From the NCBI RefSeq assembly GCF_046119375.1, contig NW_027363019.1, forward strand, positions 310,001-374,000: a DNA stretch of 64,000 nucleotides, read 5' to 3'. How positions within the stretch are numbered: position 1 is the stretch's first letter; each line of letters starts with the position of its first letter. Positions 33,649 through 45,865 of this stretch are shown here, piece after piece. A program made the translations under genes and the position numbers. The notes beneath the pieces are model-generated. The model did no database searches. It was not told the DNA's origin and was given only the letters and a program-made list of their open reading frames with translations. Source of the DNA: Phyllobates terribilis (lineage: Eukaryota).

Positions 33649-34217
33649 TATTTCTTTGTTTTAGACAACATTGTTGCGCTGATTTAATATTGATGAATCC
33701 CTACTTGATGTAATTTCAATGATGATACTCGACACAGTCCAAGTGGAAGTTATTTTCATAAGATAATTTACGTATGATATAATAATAATAATAATATAAT
33801 GAGATAATCATTTTTCAACTTCATATTAGTAAATTGAATAGAAATAAATCTAATAGAGGATTAATTTAAAAATAACTAATAGAATAGATTTGATACACTA
33901 TAATATTCTAAGGAATAAACTTTCTGTATAGCATATGATTCCTCAATATAGCTTTGATTAATTATATTTAATGCAATAATGTCTATGTAGCCGTGAATAA
34001 TATAATAATTCAAAAAATACATAAAATAAAAAATAAATTATGTTATACGGGATTCATGCATGAAGAATTATATCGGGTAGGTGTTTTTTTGTTTTACATC
34101 TGATGTCACTTCTGAGGTGTAATCCTTTATAAATTAGTGATTGTATGATGACTGCATTGCTGAAAAAAGCCTGGGACGGGCTGAAATGTCCACTGGAATT
34201 GGCAATGAAATAAAAGA

Positions 34218-34734
34218 TGTGACAAAGTCACTGGTAAAGTGCTGGAGGGGAGATATGTTTTCCTGAGGCCATTAGCTTTAGTGAAATAAAGCCGTTAAGT
34301 TTCCTTCAGCATATTATTTGCTGAGAAGGGTTAAGTCACCACTTGTAAAATGTATGTTTTTATAAGAACAACCATAGAGCGGGCGGGAGGTTGTTCTCCA
34401 TATCTCCACCTGAAGGTGCGGTCTGGGGTCTAAATACAAGGTCTGCTGAGGCATTACTTGTTCAGTAAGTCTGGGGAGGCAAACTCCAGACATGTTTGTG
34501 TTGAGCTGACCTGAACCTTGTGGAGTTGCTAGACTCTGAGAAGGTGGACCCCTGCTAACACAAGGACTGTGTTTTGCGTGACCATTTTATTTTTTTGTTT
34601 TCCCGTTTTGCCCAAAGGGCTGTTTTATTTTCATTGACTCAATGTTGGTTTATGCCACATTCTAATAAACCAACAAGAGATATAAAGAAAGCGTACCTGT
34701 GTCTACCTCCGTGTGCAGCTGAGTGAGCGATCTA
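34218..34734 (+). mobile_element. Solo LTR inserted in the Neptune 3' pLTR (same family as 51659-52249)
   Basis: Starts TGTGACAAAGTCACTGGTAAAG; contains AATAAA; ends ...CTACCTCCGTGTG...GAGCGATCTA. The flanks rejoin to the 29281-29300 sequence. The terminal CA is not preserved. Confidence 0.8.
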
Positions 34735-35159
34735 GTGAGCAATTATTCACTGAATACGTGAGTGCCGGGAATTACTTCCTTTCTGCATATTCTACTCCAC
34801 GTGCACCACGCTAACGGAGTGCCGATCCACCATCTCTGTATGCAGAGTTCTAGTGATCTGCCTACCATCAGGAAATAGTCTAAGTATGGAATTATTAGGG
34901 TGTTCTGTTCACAAAGATTCGCTGTCATCTCCACTATGATCTTTGTAAATACTCTTGGAGCCATGGACAGACCAAAAGGCCGGGGCCCTGAACTGAAAAT
35001 GTCTGATTCTCTAGTTTATGGATAGGGCCACTCTCGGGAATTTTTCAGCTTCTGAATGGATTGAAACATGGTAGTATGCATCTTTTCTCATTAAGACATA
35101 CCACAGAAGAGTCCGCATAATCACGCAGCTAATACACCACCACAACGGGGAGACTCATG

Positions 35160-35800
35160 GACGATTAACGAGAGGGCATCGCAAAAACAACTGAGAAAAA
35201 TGACCAAGGTAAAAATAGCGACATAAAGCCCATAAACATTACTTAGATGTAAAAAAATATATAAATCTTTACTGAATATATCTTAGTTAAAAGTCAATTA
35301 GATTACAAAAGGAGTAGTAAACACCAATGACCATGTACAGAAAAGAGAACGGACATATCACACAGCCAGCCCTTATGGCCTGACAATATTATCGATGATT
35401 AAATAAATATGCTCAAATCCATAACACTGCTCTAATATTCCCATCCATCTAGGGTAGTTTATAAGTCATGATTCCGTATGCAGATAAAATACATAGCTAC
35501 CTTGGGTACAGGAAGCCAGGAGCGTACCAACGGCTGGGTGGTGTACATCCACCCCAACGCGCGTTTCGGTGAACCTTCGTCAGGGGGTATGTGTCAGTGT
35601 CAATGTGATCCCTTTTAAATGTGCCCACGCCAATCACCACGTGTGTAAAAAAACGGATGTCCATAGTCTGATTGATAGGTTTGTGGACCTTTGATGACGC
35701 ATACCGCGTCATGATAGGCGGGGTGGCGTCGGCATCACATGGCACCCGTGTCACAGTCAGCTTACCGCGGCGCAGGTCCTCACGATGTAGCAACCTAGAA
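35160..35800 (-). mobile_element. Solo pLTR / retrozyme-like insertion within the DIRS RT
   Basis: Interrupts DIRS RT homology. The minus strand shows a GC box, ATTGG (CCAAT box) and ATTTAAAAGG, then a hammerhead core. Confidence 0.6.
35551..35588 (-). ncRNA. Minimal type-I hammerhead ribozyme motif
   Basis: Minus strand: ACCCC CTGACGA A GGTTCACC GAAA CGCGCGT T GGGGT, i.e. stem I ACCCC/GGGGT, core CUGANGA/GAAA, palindromic stem III ACGCGCGT and cleavage triplet GUU. Confidence 0.75.
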
Positions 35801-38242
35801 ACAGAAGTTTTACAGCCGATTGTTTTGACTTCATCTTGAAGGGTTGATACACCAGAAATCTGTTCAGACCTCTCAAATTTACTATAGTTCTGAAAGTGCC
35901 ATCCAGCTTCTTTATCAAGAAAAGGGGGGAATATAATCCCTTTCCTTATTCTTCTATGGGTACCTCCAAGAGGACCAAAAACTCTGCCTCCAGGACTAAC
36001 TATTGCTTGGAAGACCTTCGGAGAGGTGTCACCATGACGGTTCGCAGGGGTGGAAGGATAGTCTGGAATTCCAATTTTAGGTCTGCTTCCACTATCCCTA
36101 GAATCCAGACATGGGATGAATTTTATTCGTACGCATGGAGGAAGAGGGAAAGCATTCCTCCTTCCGGGGGAATGACATCACTGGGAAGACTTCCTTCCCC
36201 CTGAAGGCGGCCCCCCAAACATGAAACCTTTTTTTTAGTCTTCTGACTTCCTATTTCCCTGATCCCTAGAAGGTCTTTTCCGGCCTTATCTTCTATTCCA
36301 AAAGGTACTCCTGTATTCTGGGATAGACAAACTGGGGAATCCTTTCTTTTTATCTCCAGCTTTGTCCAAGATGTCATCCAAAACTTGACCAAAAAGAAAG
36401 CCCCATCACATGGGATTGAACACAGTTTGGTCTTTGACTGGACATCCCCAGGCCAACTTTTTACCGATAGCGCCCTACGAGTGGCAATAAAGAGGCCCGC
36501 TAACCTGGCTGCCAGCCTCACTGAGTCTGTTGAGGCATCTGCAATAAAAGCTGCTGCTCCCTGCATCAGCCAGGATCTTTTCCTTTGGGACATTATCCTT
36601 CAGTTGACCTTCTAGTTGTTGCAACCAGATAATCATAGATCTGGCTGTACAGGTCGTAGAGACCGCTGGCTTCAGGGCACCCACCGAGGACTCCAGGTGT
36701 GTCTTAAGTAACCATCTGCCTTTCTATCCAGATGGTCTTTCAGAATACCCACATCCTCAAAAGGCAAGGTAGATTTTCTGGATGAATTGGCCACTGCTAC
36801 GTCTATCTTTGGGATCTTATTCCATGAGTCTTGTTTTGGCATCTTCTCTTAGAAGATGATGGTAGTGAACCCTTTCTCTTCATTTTTTTCTCTTAATGAG
36901 AGCCTGAATCTTTTCATTAATTAGAAATATGCGCCTCTTTTTTTTTGCTCTAATCCACAAAACATGAACTCTTGTATGGATTTGGGGGTCTTAGGATCCG
37001 AGATGCCCATGGTAGCTCTCACAGCCTTAATCAACCTATCTGCGACTTTTATAGGAAAGCATGGCCTACCCCCTGTATCGCCATTAAAGAATGAAAAGGA
37101 ACAAGAATCCGATCCACATTCACCTTCCGACTTTATAGATTCATCTAAATCAGGTGATAGTTTTTTGGACCCTTTCCTTCCCTTTCTATTCCTTTTTTTA
37201 TGAATAAGGGTCTCAAGGGAATTCTTAACTTGTGCCCTGATCACTGATCTCAAATCCATGAAGTTAGTGGATTCTTCACATGTGGTTTTCTGTATACAAT
37301 CTGCACAGTCTTTTCTGCCACAAGTCAGGTAACTTATCCCTACAAAGGGTTCACTACTTATTCTTTTGTGCCACATTTCTTAAGCCGTTCCAAGTAATTA
37401 GAGACAAGAAAAAGGGACTTAATTACCATGGTGAAATTTCACAAACATCAGTCAGCATTCTGGAGTTTAATAAGGGTACCAGACTCAGAGGCTGGATCAA
37501 ATCACACCATTATTCATGGTTGGTGGTACTGTCACTTCTGCAACTCATGAGACTGCCATTGCTGTGTGAACTCTGATCCTGGCACTGCCGTTCCTCCATA
37601 TCACGTGGGGAAGGAGAGCCAGAGCAAACCCACTCTTTTGGCAGTCAGGCGTGATTTTAAAAGAGGGACCAGCCATAGCAACTCCCCCACACCCTTGTGC
37701 ATGCCTTCTCCAGACCCCCTGGAAGTGAAATCCAACACTTCAGGTCAGAAGTCTCCGGCATGCTCTTCATCAGGGCACACCAATCCCAGGGCGTCCTGCA
37801 CATGCGCAAGCCTGGGACATTGTTGGAGCCAGCAGGCTTCAAAAAGGACTTCGGTGCTCGCATCTACATGAGCCCTCAAGTGACCAGCGGTGGCGCTTCC
37901 AGGACCTGACACCGGCACTATAGCCAAGGAGCCTTTCTTCCAGGCAAGGCCTGGGTAAGTTTCTCCTTTAACTTTCCTCTCCTGATTCTTCAGCTTCAGG
38001 TTCCCTCATGGACAGAAAACCAAAATGATGCGGGGTAGAGGTGCAGCCCTCTTATTCAGTACGCTTCCTGTCCTTATTGGGTGAATTCCCTCTCTCGTGT
38101 GGCGCTGGTCATGGGGGAAAGGAAAATTTTAGAAATTGTTCTGGTATTCAGTGAGATTAATGACAATCTTACTTATCAAAGGGGGTGTACTCATTATTCT
38201 GAGCAATTTTATTAAAAATTTTAAAACACACAGTGTACATGA

Positions 38243-40119
38243 TTACAGTTTCTTTCCTGTATGACTTCTCTCATGTCTAACAAGATACGATTTCTTTACA
38301 AAAGATTTCCCACATAGTGAACATGAATACGGCTTCTCCCCAGTGTGACTTCTCTCGTGCATCACAAGACTTAATTTACCTGTGAAGGCCTTCCCACATT
38401 CCAAACATGAAAATGGCTTTTCTCCTGTGTGAATTTTCTGATGTTTAATAAGAGTCCCTTTATCTGTAAAGCATTTCCCACATTCCAAACATGAAAATGG
38501 CTTTTCTCCTGTGTGAATTCTCTCATGTCTAACACATTTTGATTTCTCTGTAAAGCATTTCCCACATTCTGAACAGGAATATGGCTTCTCTCCTGTGTGA
38601 GTTTTCTGATGTCTAATAAGAGTCTTTTTATCAATAAAGCATTTCCCACATACTGAACATGAAAATGGCTTCTCTCCTGTGTGAATTCTCTGATGTATAA
38701 TAAATCTTGATTTAGCTGGAAAGCATTTCCCACATTCTGAACATGAATACGGCTTCTCTCCTGTGTGAGTTTTCTGATGTCTAATAAGAGTCTTTTTATC
38801 AATAAAGCATTTCCCACATAGTGAACATGAAAATGGTTTTTCTCCTGTGTGAATTCTCTGATGTATAATAAATCTTGATTTAGTTGGAAAGCATTTCCCA
38901 CATTCTGAACATGAATACAGCTTCTCCCCAGTGTGAATTCTCTCATGCATCACAAGACTTAATTTACTTGTGAAGGCCTTCCCACATTCCGAACATGAAA
39001 ATGGCTTTTCTCCTATGTGAATTCTCTCATGTATAACACATTTTGATTTATATGTAAAGCATTTCCCACATTCTGAACAGGAATATGGCTTCTCTCCTGT
39101 GTGAGTTTTCTGATGTCTAATAAGAGTCCTTTTATCTGTAAAGCATTTCCCACATACTGAACACGAAAATGGTTTTTCTCCTGTGTGAATTCTCTGATGT
39201 ATAATAAATCTTGATTTATATGTAAAGCATTTCCCACATTCTGAACATGAATACAGCTTCTCCAAAGTGTGACTTCTCTTATGCATCACAAGACTTAATT
39301 TACCTATGAAGACCTTCCCACATTCCGAACATGAAAATGTCTTTTCTCCTGTGTGAATTCTCTCATGTATAACACATTTTGATTTATATGTAAAGCATTT
39401 CCCACATTCTGAACAGGAATATGGCTTCTCTCCTGTGTGAGTTTTCTGATGTCTAATAAGAGTCCCTTTATCTGTAAAGCATTTCCCACATACTGAACAT
39501 GAAAATGGTTTTTCTCCTGTGTGAATTCTCTGATGTATAATAAATCTTGATTTACATGTAAAGCATTTCCCACATTCTGAACATGAATACGGCTTCTCTC
39601 CTGTGTGAATTCTCTGATGTTTAACAAGATTCCCTTTATCGGTAAAGCATTTCCCACATTCTGAACATGAATATGGCTTCTCTCCTGTGTGAATTCTCTG
39701 ATGTCTAATAAGATTCCCTTTATCTGTAAAGCATTTCCCACATTCTGAACATGAATATGGCTTCTCTCCTGTGTGACTTCTCTGATGTATAACAAATTTT
39801 GTTTGATTTGTAAAGCATTTCCCACATTCTGAACAGGAGTATGGCTTTTCTCCTTTGTGTTTTCTTTGTGTCTGAGCTGAGCATTTAGTAAATTGCTTGT
39901 CACACTGAAATCTTGTATCCACTGTGTCACCTGGAATTGTGGTAATAATGCGAGATTGCTCAGGAGATGATTCCTCATGATCAGGAGGATTATAAGAAGG
40001 TGAAGTGCTGTGAAGTCCAGGAGGTGCAGGAAGGGTGATGAGGTTTCCTCCATTAGAGTGCTTCCAGATATCTTCTTTTTTACAATTTAGTGATGAACCG
40101 TTATTCCCACAAGGATTTC
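38243..40119 (-). CDS. C2H2 zinc-finger gene, terminal exon (19 tandem fingers, TGEKP linkers)
   Basis: Uninterrupted ORF to TAA at 38245-38243; acceptor TTTTTTTTCTATCTTTCATCCCTACAG|GA at 40120; phase 1. Confidence 0.95.
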
Positions 40120-40365
40120 CTGTAGGGATGAAAGATAGAAAAAAAATCACATCTAATCTACAACACAAAAGGGATTTCTATTCTAAATGTATTTTCTGGA
40201 TCTCACAATAAAGACCCTCGTCAGTGAAAGTACCGGTAATAAGGAAGACAACTACATGCCATAACATTAACACAATGACGGGTAAAGTGAATGACACTTA
40301 TAAACTGGTGACATTGGCACAAGTCAGGGGTACCAGAGATTAGACAGCAAATAGACAGTTCTTAA

Positions 40366-40560
40366 AGGGAACCTGTCATCAGGATTTACCCCCTTAATGT
40401 ACCACCAGTGCCATTTCACTCTCTCAAGCTTCCCATCATGCCCTCAGTGTAGAAAAGTGTCCACGCAATTAAAAATTGAGTTTTAATCTTACATTACCGT
40501 ATGCAAATGAGATTGACTAATCAGAAAGGTGGACCTCATAAAGGTGGCCACCGTAATCAT
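40366..40560. mobile_element. Kolobok/T2-type MITE left-end fragment (a similar end at 42465)
   Basis: TTAA|AGGGAACCTGTCA at 40362 and TTAA|AGGGAAACTGTCC at 42461. No matching right ends found. Confidence 0.4.
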
Positions 40561-40581
40561 GTCCACAGTATGCCTAAGGAC

Positions 40582-40888
40582 TAGTGTTGAGCAAGTATGT
40601 TCTATTAACCCTCTCGCTGAGTATGCTCGGGCCGAGCACCGAGTACCGAGTATTTATAGCTGCTCAGTGATAAGGTTGAATCCCTCCCATGTGCATGATT
40701 TGCGACTGTTTGACAGCTTTATTACATGTGAGGAATGTCTAGTTCTTACACATTCCTCACATGTAATAAAACTGTCAAACAGTTGCAAATCATGCACCCG
40801 GGAGCGATTTAACATTATCACCGAGCAGCTGTAAATACTCGGAGCTCAGCCCGAGCACTCTCGGACAGAACATACTTGCTCAACCCTA
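40582..40888. mobile_element. Fold-back hAT MITE (307 bp, almost wholly palindromic)
   Basis: TAGTGTTGAGCAAGTATGTTC ... GAACATACTTGCTCAACCCTA; 8-bp TSD CTAAGGAC at 40574-40581 and 40889-40896. Confidence 0.92.
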
Positions 40889-41074
40889 CTAAGGACATGA
40901 TACGAACCCTTAGAAGAATGAAATAGCACCGAAATAATATTACAGGGTTAAATCCTAATTACCGGACCCAGGGGAGTCCTTCTCCCAATGTCTGAGAAGA
41001 AAAATCTACAGTGGTAGAAAGTGGAACGATTCCAGCATGTGAGCAACCTGTAGTGCAAATGGGCCTCCATGTCC

Positions 41075-42370
41075 CCTCTGGAGCCTCCTTATTCCATTAA
41101 CCACCCTACACCACGGATCCTTCTTATCCCCTGGAGCCTCCCTACACCACGCATCCTTCTTATCCCCTGGAGCCTCCCTACATCACGGATCCTCCTTATC
41201 CCCTGGAGCCTCCCTACACCACAGAGTCTGCTTATCCCCTGGAGCCTCCCTACACCATGGATCCTCCTTATCCCCTGGAGCCTCCCTATACCACGGATCC
41301 TCCTTATCCCCTGGAGCCTTCCTACACCACGGAGCCTCCTTATCCCCTGGAGCCTCCCTACACCACGGATCCTCATCATCCCCTGGAGCCTCCCTACACC
41401 ATGAATCCTCATCATCCCCTGGAGCCTCCCTACACCACGGATCATCCTTATCCCCTGGAGCCTCCCTACACCACGGATCATCCTTATCCCCTGGAGCCTC
41501 TCTACACCACAGAGCCTGCATATCCCCTGGAGCCTCCCTACACCACAGAGCCTGCTTATCCCCTGGAGCCTCCCTACACCACAGAGCCTGCTTATCCCCT
41601 GGAGCCTCCCTACACCACGGATCCTCCTTATTACCTGGGGCCTCCCTACACCACGGATCCTCCTTATCCCCTGGAGCCTCCCTACACCATGGATCCTCCT
41701 TATCCCCTGGAGCCTCCCTACACCATGGATCCTCCTTATTCCCTGGAGCCTCCCTACACCATGGATCCTCCTTATCCCCTGGAGCCTCCCTACACCACGG
41801 ATCCTCCATATCCCCTGGAGCCTCCCTACACCATGGATCCTCCTTATCCCCTGGAGCCTCCCTACACCATGGAACCTCCTTATTCCCTGGAGCCTTCCTA
41901 CACCATGGATCCTCCTTATCCCCTGGAGCCTACCTACACCATGGATCCTCCTTATCCCCTGGAGCCTCCCTACACCACGGATCCTTCTTATCCCCTGGAG
42001 CCTCCCTACACCACAGAGCCTCCTTATCTCCTGGAGCCTCCCTACACCACAGAGCCTCCTTATCCCCTGGAGCCTCCCTACACCACAGAGCCTCCTTATC
42101 TCCTGGAGCCTCCCTACACCACGGATCCTCCTTATCCCCTGGAGCCTCCATACACCACAGAGCCTCCTTATCTCCTGGAGCCTCCCTACACCACGGATCC
42201 TCCTTATCCCCTGGAGCCTCCCTACACCACAGAGCCTCCTTATCCCCTGGAGCCTCCCTACACCATGGATCCTCCTTACCCCCTGGAGCCTCCCTACACC
42301 ACGGATCCTCCTTATCCCCTGGAGCCTCCCTACACCACGGATCCTCCTTATCCCCTGGAGCCTCCCTACA
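41075..42370. repeat. Minisatellite, 36-bp unit, ~36 copies
   Basis: Unit TATCCCCTGGAGCCTCCCTACACCACGGATCCTCCT. Confidence 0.97.
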
Positions 42371-44182
42371 TTACTTGGTCTATATGCAGCTGAACCTACT
42401 GCACATGTGATACATCCGCCCCTGCCCAAAACACTAAATATATGTCCTTAAAAATTATGTTTAAAGGGAAACTGTCCGTTCCCTGTGCCCCCAGAACCCG
42501 CAGCAGTTGTGTCTGCAGATATAAACTCTCCGCCTAACATCTCTATTACATTAAACACACAAACAGATGTTTAGAAAAAGTATTGTATTTCTAAAGTTTA
42601 TGATATGTAAATGAGGCCTTTGACTTGTCGATGAGGCGTTCGTGACCCCAGAGCAGTCGCCCCACTTAGCATGTCATCACGGCTTTGGGGGCTTGAGAAC
42701 ATGACAAACCTACCGCATGCGCGCGGCTTCTCCTCCTCACTGCATTGAGCCTCTGACGCCGGGTGTACGCGTCCCATTACTGAGATAGGAGAGGACGGTC
42801 ACTGCTGGTCAGAGTCCATGTAGATGGGAGGAGCTCGGCCTCTAGCCCCGCCCTCCTCTCCCCTCCCCCTACAAAGAATCTTATCAGGAGCGGCCGTCAC
42901 CTCCGATCTCAGTGATGGAACAATGTTTCCTAATTGAATAGAGATTTTACCCCGGAACCGAGAATCCTGAGACGGAATAAGAAATACGCAGATTTCTGTG
43001 GAGACTCCGGGGACAAAGTTTCCTATTTCCATCTCGTCTATTCTTACAATTCATGAAGTTTATTCCTCTTATTCTTGTGTAATAAAGACTGATCAGGACG
43101 TTGTGTATATTATATGGGAACAATGAGGAATACTGTCACCATGTAACAATACATCGCTTATGGTTTATGGCCGCCAGGATTTGGTAACACAAAAATGTCT
43201 GAAAAGAAACAAAGTATTTATTGTAGAAAAGTCCTAAAAGAAAATGAAATAAATATATTGTTATTGGCTTGGATTAGTTGTATTACCGCAGTTACAGAGA
43301 CCCTCCACCCCGGGACTGAACACTACACATTTCCCTATACAGTCCCCTATGGGGTCCTCTGCCCTCCGCTGCCCCCTCAGATCGGTGGTCCCTTCCCCCG
43401 GCTTCCAGGGCGGCCAGTGCAGTGGTATGGGGAGTGCAGTAATACGTCTACCCCACCCTCCCCTGCCTTTCCTGTGCTGTGACCTATGGGGCAGCGCCAC
43501 ATCCTATTAATCTCCCAGCAGTCTGCGGGGCGTCACCAGTTACAGATGTATTCTGCACCTGCTTTCATTGCTCCTGTTTGTTTTTGGTAACCTTGTCTGG
43601 CTTCCATAATACCCCGGGATGACTTAGGCCTCCATCTACAGGACCATTCTTACTCGGCTTCCTGATTCTGACCTCGTCCCGCTTCTTGATTGTCTAGCAC
43701 CTGCCATCTTTAGGTCTGATCTGACATGTCGACCTTCTTCTGCCAGCTCGCTCTACCAGCCAGCACTACTATGTGGAGCCGCCCCGGTGTCTGTGCTGTA
43801 AGTCCAGATCACTGTACAGTGGTGAAAAGATGGAAGCCGGGAAACCTCTGGGACCGGCTGTATGGAGACTGTCTGTAAGCGCCTTATTATTAGGACCTGC
43901 CAGGTTTCCTCCATCGGTTCACTGTTACAGGAGGCAAATGGAGGACACAAGGAAGGGAGTTGTAACATACCTGGCGGCGTCCTTGCATGGTGGTCCATCT
44001 CCCACTGTGCAAGAGAGCGCACTTGATCTCCTGTCCAGAATGTCTCTCTGGCTTCCCTCCATGCTGTCTGTTTGTGTCTGTCTCTGCTGCTTAAGGGCGG
44101 CGCCCGATCACTTCCTGCTTTTTGTACCTGCTGTGGGTCACGCCCCTTGTGCGTCCTCAGCCTATTGCTGTCTGACACTTGG

Positions 44183-44222
44183 TATATAGCTCAGCAGCTC
44201 CCTTCTATCCCTGCCTGAGCAT
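44183..44222 (+). promoter_or_regulatory. LTR TATA box and predicted transcript 5' end, complementary to the PBS position
   Basis: TATATA at 44183-44188; GCCTGAGCAT at 44213-44222 is the reverse complement of ATGCTCAGGC at 45729-45738, just after the 5' LTR. Confidence 0.7.
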
Positions 44223-45865
44223 AGTGTTTCCTTCAGTGTGTGCTTGCACTCTGAAGGTGCCAGGTCCCGTCTTTGTTTCCTTGTCTGCCTTTCCTGGAGG
44301 CTGTATTTCCAGGCCTGTCTGAACTTAGTCCTGTATGTCTCCTGCTTTGCGGTATCAGCTCCCGTGTCTGAACTGTGTCCTGTATGTCTCCTGCTTTGCG
44401 GTATCAGCTCCCGTGTCTGAACTGACTCCTGTATGTCTCCTGCTTTGCGGTATTAGTTCCCGTGTCTGAACTGAGTCCTGTATGTCTCCTGCTTTGCGGT
44501 ATTAGTTCCCGTGTCTGAACTGAGTCCTGTATGTCTCCTGCTTTGCGGTATCAGCTCCCGTGTCTGAACTGAGTCCTGTATGTCTCCTGCGTTGCGGTAT
44601 TAGTTCCCGTGTCTGAACTGAGTCCTTTCTGTGTTCTCTTGTCTGTCCCGTCTGAACACGCTCCTAGCCTGTTCCTCCCGCCTTCTAGGGGCCGATTACC
44701 TAGACCCGCTCCTGTATCTTGTCTGTCCTGTCTGAACACGCTCCTTGCCTGTTCGTCCCGCCTCTCTGGGGGCAGTATTCCCAGACCCGCTCCTGTATCC
44801 CGCTGCAGTGTCGGTCTCCTCCGTACACTCAGTTCCAGTCTGAACTCTCTCCTATCCTTTACCTGTTTTGCCTCTATGTCCGTTCCCTTCCTTTTTCTGC
44901 AGAGTCTGAACTCGTACCTAACTCCTGCCTGTTGTCTCTGTACTCCCGTTTGTGAGTTTGTGGTCCACTCGCTACTTCACTGCAAGTACCCTGTGGGTGT
45001 CTGGCTCTGTCTTTCCCTTCCTGTCTGTTCCGTGTGAACAGAGTCCTGTCCTGCCCTGCTTCTGCCCGCTGCTCCGGCAGTCCTGTCCTGCCCTGCTTCT
45101 GCCCACTGCTCCGGCAGTCCTGTCCTGCCCTGCTTCTGCCCGCTGCTCCGGCAGTCCAGTCCTGCCCTGCTTCTGCCCGCTGCTCCGGCAGTCCTGTCCT
45201 GCCCTGCCTGTACCCCTCTGCCTGTAATGTTCCTGAGTCCCAGTGTGTACTGGGCCCTATCCCGCCTGTGTTCCTACCTGCTAGTGCCTCCCTGTCTGCA
45301 CTCTAGCTGTGCTTGCCTGTAACCCTCTGCCTGTATTGTTCCTGAGTCCCGGTGTGTACTGGGTCCTATCCCGCCTGTGTTCCTACCTGCTAGTGCCTCC
45401 CTGTCTGCACTCTAGCTGTGCTTGCCTTTACCCCCCTGCCTGCATACCCGCCTGCCTGCATACCAGTCTGTGTGCCAGCCTACCAGCCTGTTCCTGTATT
45501 CCCCTGTGTGGGTCAACAGCCGTGTCCGGGGTCTGTCCTGGAGTAGCACCTGGTCCCTCTGCTCGGTTCCTCCTTGGTGCACTGGCGTCGTATGCCGTCG
45601 TGCGACCCTGGTCGGATCGGGTGAATACTTAGTCACGCCCCTCCAGGCATTCACTCTCCGGCACGGTCCAGTGGAATCACTACCAATCACACGCACACGC
45701 CGCTTAGCCCGGGCGTGTGCATAACAGCATGCTCAGGCCATGGTTTCCGTTGAGCCCCACGGCCTTCGCTCTTTGAGAAGTTTTTCCAGCGAATACATGC
45801 ATTAAAATAAATAAATAAATTTTTTTTCCCTTAGCTGAGTTCCAGGCGAATTAAGCACCGTCCAG

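Larger units (their letters stand above)
29190..34841 (+). mobile_element. Decayed Penelope-like element (Neptune-type) with direct terminal repeats (pLTRs)
   Basis: Terminal repeat at 29195-29390 recurs at 34125-34217 plus 34737-34841. RT motifs GLAMGANVAPPYANAYM and YIDD (31286-31297); Cys-rich linker at ~31957-31985; GIY-YIG-like IYMIKCPCGLAYSGET (32074) and EAYWIH..KTLSP. Confidence 0.88.
34845..38125 (-). mobile_element. Truncated DIRS1-like (tyrosine-recombinase) retrotransposon: 5' terminus, ORF1 and RT remnants
   Basis: ORF1 pieces AAAFIADASTDSVRLAAR...KSWPGDVQSKTKLCSIPC and DRLIKAVRATMG; RT pieces at 35890-36200 and MAPRVFTK...IIPYLD at 34870-34990; TTT-initiated terminus at ~38125. 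No YR domain in view. Confidence 0.8.

Noticed and set aside
38371-40053. ORFs 38371-38946, 39013-39237 and 39304-40053 (REFTQERSHIHVQNVGNA repeats)
   Set aside because: Alternative-frame shadows of the C2H2 array.
40120-40168. ORF-track start of the 641-aa zinc-finger protein (MCCRLDVIFFLSFIPT)
   Set aside because: This stretch is the polypyrimidine tract and acceptor of the intron; the real exon starts at 40119.
41089-42429. ORFs of 446, 378 and 208 aa with 12-aa periodicity (e.g. PPYPLEPPYTTD)
   Set aside because: Translations of a 36-bp minisatellite on both strands, inside an intron.
42900-43080. Possible extra ZNF exon (MEIGNFVPGVST...)
   Set aside because: It resembles an exon-E ending but lacks a GT donor after ACAG and is not needed for the in-frame model.
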